Origin: a virus
Lineage: Duplodnaviria; Caudoviricetes
IMG/VR virus record: IMGVR_UViG_3300037762_000578
Span: 1-24,009 of that record
DNA: 24,009 nt
Direction: 5' to 3' (one strand)
Shown: positions 18,380 through 24,009 of the stretch, one piece after another
How positions within the stretch are numbered: position 1 is the first letter of the stretch
How the letters are laid out: each line of letters begins with the position of its first letter
The notes under the pieces: generated by a model
What the model was told of the DNA's origin: nothing
Database searches by the model: none
What the model saw: only the letters and a program-made list of their open reading frames with translations
Translations under genes and position numbers: made by a program

Positions 18380-19122
18380 GCCAGAGCGACTTCGTGATCG
18401 AGACCATCTCGGTCAACGGCAACAGCTTCGCAGCCGATGTGCAGGCGGGCCTGCGCGCGGCCGCGACGCTGAGCGCCGGTCCCGCCGAGCCCGCCGCCAT
18501 CTATGCGCACCAGTGGAAGCTCGACACCAGCGGCGTGCCCTGGGTGCTGAATGTCCGCAACGCCGCCAACGACGCCTGGATCCCGGTCATAGAGATCGAC
18601 GATGCCGACGACAAGGTGCGCCTCGCGGCCAAGCTCCTGACGATGAGCGGGCAGATCCTCGCCGCCGGCGGCACGGTCGGCGCACCTGGGCTCGCCTTCG
18701 GGGCCGACCCGGACACCGGGCTCTACCGGATCGGCGCCAACAATCTCGGTCTCGTCGCCGCCGGCGCCCCGGTCCTCGAGATCGCCGACCGGATCGCGCT
18801 CTTCCGCAAGCAGGTCCGCAGCTCCGTGCTGACGCTGACGAGCGCGACCGCGATCGCGGTCGATCTCGCGGCCGAGAACGTGCAACTGGTGACCCTCGAC
18901 CACAATGCCACCTTCACCCTCTCCGGCGCCGCGCCGGGACACTGGGCGACGCTGGTGATCGAGCAGGGCAGCATGGGGGGCGCCGGCGCCTGGTCCGGGG
19001 TGACGAAGTGGCTGGGCGGCGGCAGCGCGCCCGCGCTCTCGACCACCGCCGGCGATTACGACATCGTCAACCTGCACGTGCCGAAGCCGGGCGTCGTGCT
19101 GGCGAGCCATGTGGGGCCCTGA
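18376..19122 (+). CDS. Tail fibre-like protein
   Basis: Overlaps the J stop; APGLAFGADPDTGLYR fibre-type motif. Confidence 0.7.
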   Translation: MSQSDFVIETISVNGNSFAADVQAGLRAAATLSAGPAEPAAIYAHQWKLDTSGVPWVLNVRNAANDAWIPVIEIDDADDKVRLAAKLLTMSGQILAAGGTVGAPGLAFGADPDTGLYRIGANNLGLVAAGAPVLEIADRIALFRKQVRSSVLTLTSATAIAVDLAAENVQLVTLDHNATFTLSGAAPGHWATLVIEQGSMGGAGAWSGVTKWLGGGSAPALSTTAGDYDIVNLHVPKPGVVLASHVGP

Positions 19123-19838
19123 TGCATCCCCTCGCCCGCCTGTGGGGCGGCGGCGCGCCGCCGATCGCGATCCTCGCGACCGACGCCGGCAATGTCATCA
19201 ACAACCAGACCACGCCGACCGACCTCGCCGTCACCATCGGCGCCGCAGCGGCCGGCCGGCACCTGATCGCGCTGGTGACCAACGCCACCAACGACGGCAC
19301 ATCGGGCAGCGGCATCGTCACCGCGATCACCGTCGATCCGGCCGGCGCCGCCATCGCCATGCAGAAGGCGATCGCCCGCGACCAGAACCCCGGCGGCGAG
19401 ACCAACGAGGCCGGGATCTGGATCGCCGACATCTCCGCCATCGCCGGGACCAGCGTGACGGTCCGGATCGCCTATGCGGCGGCCGAGACCCACAGCCTCG
19501 GCCTCTCGACGATCGCCATCACCCGGCCGAGATCGGCAGCACCGACCTCGAGCGGCAGCGGCGGCATCGATTCCGGCACCACCACCCCGACCGGGACGGC
19601 CGTCGCCGGCGCGCCCGGCGGCCTCGTCGTCGCCGCCGCGCTGTCGGACGACCGGCTGAGCGCAAGCTGGTCCGGCCTGACCGAGCGGGCGGATCTCCAG
19701 ACCGGCGGCGGGTCGCACGACAACCAGCATGTCGCCGCCTGGGACCTGCTGCCGGACGGCCGCGCGGCCGCGGTCGAGACCGTCACCTGGGCCGGGACCG
19801 GCGGGGCCAAGGCCCTGGCGGTCGCGGCCTTCCGCTGA
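19122..19838 (+). CDS. Putative virion/receptor-binding beta-rich protein
   Basis: TGATG coupling; Thr/Gly/Ala-rich, beta-strand-like sequence in the fibre region. Confidence 0.6.
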   Translation: MHPLARLWGGGAPPIAILATDAGNVINNQTTPTDLAVTIGAAAAGRHLIALVTNATNDGTSGSGIVTAITVDPAGAAIAMQKAIARDQNPGGETNEAGIWIADISAIAGTSVTVRIAYAAAETHSLGLSTIAITRPRSAAPTSSGSGGIDSGTTTPTGTAVAGAPGGLVVAAALSDDRLSASWSGLTERADLQTGGGSHDNQHVAAWDLLPDGRAAAVETVTWAGTGGAKALAVAAFR

Positions 19839-19855
19839 CAGAGACGAGGCAGAGC

Positions 19856-20227
19856 ATGCGCTACAGGATCAGACGCGACACGGTGCAGATCGCCGATCTG
19901 GCGCCGGGCGAGCCCTTCCGCATCGACCGGACCGACTACCCCGGCGACTGGCTGGCGCGCGGCGGCGCCGTGCCCGGCCATGACGTCCTCGCCTACGACC
20001 CGCCGCCCCCGCCGCCCGCGCCGCCGGCGCGCTGGACGGTCGGCTGGCTGACGCTCCTCGAGCGGCTCGGCGATGGCGAGGCCGCGGCGCTCGCGGCCTT
20101 CGTCGACGCCCTGCCCGTCAAGGCGCGCGAGGCGATCCGGGCCCGCGGCGCCCGGTCCGACGACCCCGCCCTGCGCGCCGAGATCAGCCGCCTCGGCGCC
20201 GACCCCGACCAGGCGCTGGCGCCCTAG
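19856..20227 (+). CDS. Hypothetical protein, possible fibre assembly factor
   Basis: GAGG RBS; RIDRTDYPGDWL followed by a poly-Pro linker; lies after the fibre genes. Confidence 0.55.
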   Translation: MRYRIRRDTVQIADLAPGEPFRIDRTDYPGDWLARGGAVPGHDVLAYDPPPPPPAPPARWTVGWLTLLERLGDGEAAALAAFVDALPVKAREAIRARGARSDDPALRAEISRLGADPDQALAP

Positions 20228-20282
20228 CGCGCCGCATCCCCCAATCGGCGGCGCCAGGTCAAGCCATAGGCGGAGTGAGATC

Positions 20283-20597
20283 ATGACCCTATCCCGAACC
20301 GAAGGCGGCCACGTCCGCCTGCCCGAGGCAGATCCCGGATCGTGGTCCGGGCCGGGCTTCGAGGCGATGCTGGCGCGCGCCGCCGAGCAGGGCGCCCGGC
20401 GGGCGCTGGCCGATGTCGGGCTCGAGGGGCCCGAGGCCGCCCTCGACATCCGCGACCTGCGCGCACTGCTCGATTCCTTGCGCTTCGTCCGCCGCACCGC
20501 CGTGCAGACCGCTGTGCGGCTCGTCACCACCGGCATCATCCTCGCGCTCCTCACCGGCATCGCCGTGAAGCTGAGGGTTTTCGGGCCCGGCCCGTGA
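20283..20597 (+). CDS. Small membrane protein (DUF6127-like; holin/antiholin candidate)
   Basis: FEAMLARAAEQGARRALADVGL...DIRDLRALL with a C-terminal hydrophobic helix; GGAG RBS. Confidence 0.72.
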   Translation: MTLSRTEGGHVRLPEADPGSWSGPGFEAMLARAAEQGARRALADVGLEGPEAALDIRDLRALLDSLRFVRRTAVQTAVRLVTTGIILALLTGIAVKLRVFGPGP

Positions 20598-20720
20598 ACG
20601 CGGCACGCCGATCCCGATCGATCCATTGAACTCTGCCAACCCGCCAACCGGCGGGGTGAGCCGCGGTTGATCCGCTGGTTCAACGGAAAGGTCCGGCGGA
20701 CTTGTCCGAGCGGAGAACGC

Positions 20721-20754
20721 GCCCCGAGCCCCCGCGAGGGGCCGGGGCATTTTT
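20721..20754 (+). terminator. Intrinsic terminator-like hairpin directly before the endolysin RBS
   Basis: GCCCCG-A-GCCCC-cgcga-GGGGC-CGGGGC followed by ATTTTT, then GGAGG. Confidence 0.6.
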
Positions 20755-20764
20755 GGAGGATCCC

Positions 20765-21442
20765 ATGACGACAAGCTTCTACCGCCACTGGCGCGATGTC
20801 CCCGAGGGGGTCTGGCGCTGGCCGAATTTCGCGCCCGCTGAGATCGCCTGCCGGGGCACGGGCAAGCTGCTGATCAACGCTCCCGCGCTCGACAAGTTGC
20901 AGGCGCTGCGCGATCGGCTGGGCAAGCCGCTGATCGTGCGCTCCGCCTATCGCAGCCCCGAGCACAACCTCGCCGTCGGCGGCGCAACCCGCTCGAAGCA
21001 CCTCGACGGCGCCGCCTTCGACATCGCGATGAGCAACCACGACCCGCATGAATTCGAGGCGGTGGCGCGGGAGGTCGGGTTCCTCGGCTTCGGATTCTAT
21101 CCCGATCGGCGGCACGACTTCATGCATGTCGACCTCGGGCCGGCACGCGAATGGGGCACGCGCTGGCCGGTCACGGCGCCGACCTTCACGCCCGAGCCCG
21201 AAGCGCCGAAGCCGCTCGCCCGGAGCCGCACCATGAAGGGCGGCGGCGCGGCCGGGCTCGCCACCGTCGGCGCCGCCGGGGTCGAGGTGGCGCAGGACGT
21301 GCTGGCGGAGACGCAGGCCGCGGTGGAGCCGCTGCTGCCTTACCTCGATACCCTTCGCTGGGTGTTCATCGGCGTGGCGCTCATCGGCATCGGCGTCGCC
21401 GTCTACGCCCGCTGGGACGACTGGAGGAGGGGGCGGCGATGA
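20765..21442 (+). CDS. Endolysin, peptidase M15 family, with C-terminal hydrophobic helix
   Basis: RSAYRSPEHN, SKHLDGAAFDI and HVD Zn-binding motifs; GGAGG RBS; C-terminal WVFIGVALIGIGVAVYA. Confidence 0.87.
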   Translation: MTTSFYRHWRDVPEGVWRWPNFAPAEIACRGTGKLLINAPALDKLQALRDRLGKPLIVRSAYRSPEHNLAVGGATRSKHLDGAAFDIAMSNHDPHEFEAVAREVGFLGFGFYPDRRHDFMHVDLGPAREWGTRWPVTAPTFTPEPEAPKPLARSRTMKGGGAAGLATVGAAGVEVAQDVLAETQAAVEPLLPYLDTLRWVFIGVALIGIGVAVYARWDDWRRGRR

Positions 21443-21696
21443 TCACGGGTCTTCTCGCCTGGCTCGCTGGCAACCGGTGGGCCCTGACAGCTTTGAGGTG
21501 GGGCGCCATCGCGCTCACCGTGCTGTTGTTCCTGCTCTCGATCCGCCGCGCCGGTGAACGCGCCGGGCGGCTCGCCGAGCGCCTCGACAATCTGGAGAAC
21601 GCCGATGAGGTCCAACGCCGCATGCTGGAGGCGGCGGCTCGCCGTCCTCGCAATCTCGACGAGCTTGCTGACCGCCTGCGCGACGGCCGGTTCTGA
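21439..21696 (+). CDS. Putative inner-membrane spanin (Rz-like)
   Basis: ATGA overlap with the endolysin; N-terminal TM helix followed by a charged helix. Confidence 0.7.
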   Translation: MITGLLAWLAGNRWALTALRWGAIALTVLLFLLSIRRAGERAGRLAERLDNLENADEVQRRMLEAAARRPRNLDELADRLRDGRF

Positions 21697-21862
21697 ACAG
21701 AGAGTCGTCACCGTCTGTCCGCCTGTCGTCGAGTACAGCCGCGAGTTCCAGGCGCGGGCGGCCGAGCAGCTCGAGCTGCTGCCCAAAGGGTCGGCAATCG
21801 TCGATATGCTGGGCGACTACGCGGTGATGCGGGAGCAGGCGCGGGCGTGTCGGAGCAACTGA
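21605..21862 (+). CDS. Putative outer-membrane lipoprotein spanin (Rz1-like)
   Basis: +1 frame overlap with the upstream gene; signal RRRLAVLAISTSLLTAC with lipobox LTAC; mature region contains CPP. Confidence 0.72.
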   Translation: MRSNAACWRRRLAVLAISTSLLTACATAGSEQRVVTVCPPVVEYSREFQARAAEQLELLPKGSAIVDMLGDYAVMREQARACRSN

Positions 21863-21917
21863 TCAACTCGAGCGCTGCAGAAGGGCATGCGCCTGACAGT
21901 GCAGGCTCCGGGGGCGC

Positions 21918-23135
21918 TCAGGATCCGCGCTTTCGAACGAAACCAGCAATCTCGTCCGCGATTTCTTCATTGTGGCCAAGCCAGATGTGACCGCCTGATG
22001 GATACATTACCAGCTGCCCCGACGGCGCACGTTCAGCGATCGTGCGCGCCGTCTCCGCGGTCCCGAACCGATCGTCCTCGGCCGAGACGACCAGCATTGG
22101 CGTGGCGATGGCGGGTAGGTCAATATCTGCGGGCCGACCAGAATAGCGCCCGTCGTTCAACATGCCGCGACTGCGTTGGTTGATCGGCATCAGCTCCGCG
22201 AGGATGAGAAATGCGCGCTCCCGCTCGTCTGCCGACACCGTCTCCAACAGCGACGGGTCGGTGGCCAGAAGCGTGCCGATCAGCTGCCTCGGCGCGAGCT
22301 TGAGCATTGTCCAGAACCAGGCATCCGAGGAGAGCAGCCTGTCGACGAAGAAGCGTTGCAGAGCAGTGAACTGGACGGGATCCTCACCCGTGAGGTTCAT
22401 CGCCGGGACGAGGAGAACCAGTTCCGAGCATCGGTCTGGATGCCGCAGCGCGAACTGCGCCGCCGGGAGCGCCCCGGCCGATCCACCGGCAACTGGCAGC
22501 CGATCGATCTTCAGGTGATCGAGAAGCTCTGCGAACGCGTCTGCCTGGTTCGCGGGTGAAGCATCCGCTGGAAAATCGCTGCGAAGGTATCCGAACCTTG
22601 ACGGCGCGATGACCTCGAAGTCCCGCGCAATCAGCCCCCGCCCGAACCGCAGGCCCTGGTCGAAGCCGCCGCCCGTGCTGGTTGATCCCGTGGTCGTCGC
22701 CGTGCCCGCCTCCTTGACGGTCACGGACTGCGCCGCGAAGGCGAGCGAGACGGGCTCCACCAGCCAGGTGGTGATGCCGTTGTCACCGTCATAGGCGACC
22801 GAACGGACGGTGACCGTGCGGGTGCTGCCATCGGCCAGGGCGAGGGCGTAGCTCTGGCCGAGGCGGATCCCGGCAAGGCTGCCGGGGAAGCTGGCACGGG
22901 CGAGGTCGCCTTCCGAGCCCGTGGCCGCGGACATGCCCGCCACCGTGCCGAGGAGGGTCTCGGCGCCGGCGCCGGTGCCCTTGCCCGACCGCGCCGCGCC
23001 GGTGGCGATCGACCAAGCGGTGCGGTCGTCGACCCGGATCTCGCGGATGGCGTCGACCGGACCGTGGCAGAGCGCGAGATGGGCGCCGAGCGAATAGCGG
23101 TAGCCGACGGTCTGCTTCTTCGAGCTACCGCCCAT
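21918..23135 (-). CDS. Chimeric ORF: phage tail protein N-terminus fused to an alpha/beta hydrolase
   Basis: N-part MGGSSKKQTVGYRYSLGAHLALCHGPVDAIREI. C-part TGGGFDQG, APSRFGYLRS, nucleophile elbow GGSAG, SAEDD and GGH. Junction near 22680. Confidence 0.75.
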   Translation of the reverse strand: MGGSSKKQTVGYRYSLGAHLALCHGPVDAIREIRVDDRTAWSIATGAARSGKGTGAGAETLLGTVAGMSAATGSEGDLARASFPGSLAGIRLGQSYALALADGSTRTVTVRSVAYDGDNGITTWLVEPVSLAFAAQSVTVKEAGTATTTGSTSTGGGFDQGLRFGRGLIARDFEVIAPSRFGYLRSDFPADASPANQADAFAELLDHLKIDRLPVAGGSAGALPAAQFALRHPDRCSELVLLVPAMNLTGEDPVQFTALQRFFVDRLLSSDAWFWTMLKLAPRQLIGTLLATDPSLLETVSADERERAFLILAELMPINQRSRGMLNDGRYSGRPADIDLPAIATPMLVVSAEDDRFGTAETARTIAERAPSGQLVMYPSGGHIWLGHNEEIADEIAGFVRKRGS

Positions 23136-23358
23136 CGCTCGCCTCGCTCTCCTCGTGCTCGCCCGCCTTCGCCTCCCGCATCCGGGCCTCCGCCGTCACC
23201 CGGAAGGCGAGCGCGTCGCCGGTGGCCTCGAGCCGCTCGGCCTCGATGCCGTTCGCGACGAAGGTCTGCCAGTCGAGCCCGTGGCGGCGGAACCAGGGCC
23301 GCGCGCCGCCAAAGCAGATCCTGGCGGCGCGGAGGTCGCGAGGGTAGACACGCGTCAC
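23125..23358 (-). CDS. Small phage tail-tip module protein
   Basis: CFGGARPWFRRHGLDWQTFVANGI motif; overlaps both neighbours. Confidence 0.75.
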   Translation of the reverse strand: MTRVYPRDLRAARICFGGARPWFRRHGLDWQTFVANGIEAERLEATGDALAFRVTAEARMREAKAGEHEESEASDGR

Positions 23359-23603
23359 TTCTTGCCGCCCTTCTTGCGGATCGGCTCGACCTTGAGGTCG
23401 CCGGCCCAGACAACGTTCGGCCCGCGCAGGAGCACGGTGCCGAAGACCACGGGGATGGGACTGCCCTCCTCGGCGGTCGGCAGGTCGAAGTCGTCGAGCC
23501 CGGCGGCCTTCGGCGGCTCGAGCTTCGGCTTCGGACTCAGCGCATAGGAGATCGCCATCAGCGCCAGGCTGACGACGATCTGGATCACGAAGTTCCAGAC
23601 CAT
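23355..23603 (-). CDS. Small phage tail assembly protein
   Basis: Hydrophobic N-terminus, then PTAEEGSPIPVVFGT...PNVVWAGD...IRKKGGKK. Confidence 0.78.
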   Translation of the reverse strand: MVWNFVIQIVVSLALMAISYALSPKPKLEPPKAAGLDDFDLPTAEEGSPIPVVFGTVLLRGPNVVWAGDLKVEPIRKKGGKK

Positions 23604-23856
23604 GGCGGCTGTCTCGGGATGTGTGGAGGTCTTCGGTAGCGGCAGGCCAGCGAGGGCTGCCGTTGGCCGGCAGAAGACGTTGAACGGGCGCCGCGGGCTA
23701 CGACCCCCAGGGACTCAGGTGACGGGTGTTTCGGTTCGGAATGCGGACACGGGCCGGATCAAGGGCAAGGTTGGGAGTTCCGGCGAAGCAGGCATCGCAC
23801 CGATCCCCGGTCGCGCCGGCTTACGACCCATTGGCGACCTGGGATCAGGACCTGCG

Positions 23857-23931
23857 ATGTGGGATCAATTCTGGTATAGCCAAGCGCAGTTCGAACGCAT
23901 CAAATCCTATTTTCCGTTGTTGCACGGCGTC
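23857..23931 (+). pseudogene. Possible IS5-family transposase N-terminal remnant
   Basis: MWDQFWYSQAQFERIKSYFPLLHGV resembles recalled IS5-type N-termini (MSDLFWL..AQM.RI.P.FP.SHG). Similarity is lost afterwards; locally lower GC. Confidence 0.5.
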
Positions 23932-24009
23932 AAAGCCAGCCGGAAGGGTCGCTGGCCGTCGCTGGAATTGAGCTTGCGCGACCGGCACACCCGAACTCTC
24001 ACGAGCTGA

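Larger units (their letters stand above)
1..21862 (+). mobile_element. Prophage late region (lambda-like siphovirus packaging, head, tail and lysis modules)
   Basis: Co-directional, tightly packed or overlapping genes in canonical order from terminase to spanins. Left end and att sites are not visible in the window. Confidence 0.95.

Noticed and set aside
18975-18981. G GGG GGC as a -1 frameshift fusing the two fibre genes (that frame is open 18312-19838)
   Set aside because: All-G heptamers are poor slippery sites, the -1 frame before 19122 reads as junk, and TGATG coupling explains the downstream gene.
23602-24009. 135-aa plus-strand ORF
   Set aside because: No coherent protein signal apart from the short IS5-like stub.
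1-24009. CRISPR arrays, tRNA/rRNA, diversity-generating retroelement repeats, att sites
   Set aside because: No spaced direct repeats, RNA gene signatures, reverse transcriptase or duplicated variable region noticed by eye. A self-dotplot would be needed to exclude subtle repeats.

Overview
GC-rich, probably alphaproteobacterial DNA carrying the late operon of a lambda-like siphophage prophage on the + strand (1-21862). Gene order is TerS, TerL, gpW, portal, ClpP-type protease/scaffold, decoration protein, major capsid, neck/tail genes, tail chaperone, tape measure, tail tip and fibres, then a lysis cassette. The stand-out feature is TerL. An Ala1 class-3 (Trp-Cys-Thr) intein with a LAGLIDADG endonuclease sits in its Walker A motif, and the gene is broken inside the intein into two overlapping ORFs (455-1021, 975-3668). 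This is either a naturally split, trans-splicing terminase or a 1-bp frameshift in a G5 run. Other notable features are a -1 frameshift signal (G GGA AAC) in the tail chaperone, an antisense pRiA4b ORF-3 moron, in-frame palindromic inserts in two genes, a structured leader with a terminator just before the endolysin, and a signal-peptide-like N-terminus on the tail tip protein. On the - strand (21918-23603) lies a remnant of a second tail-tip module fused in frame to an alpha/beta hydrolase. All family calls come from motif recognition and synteny; no database searches were run.
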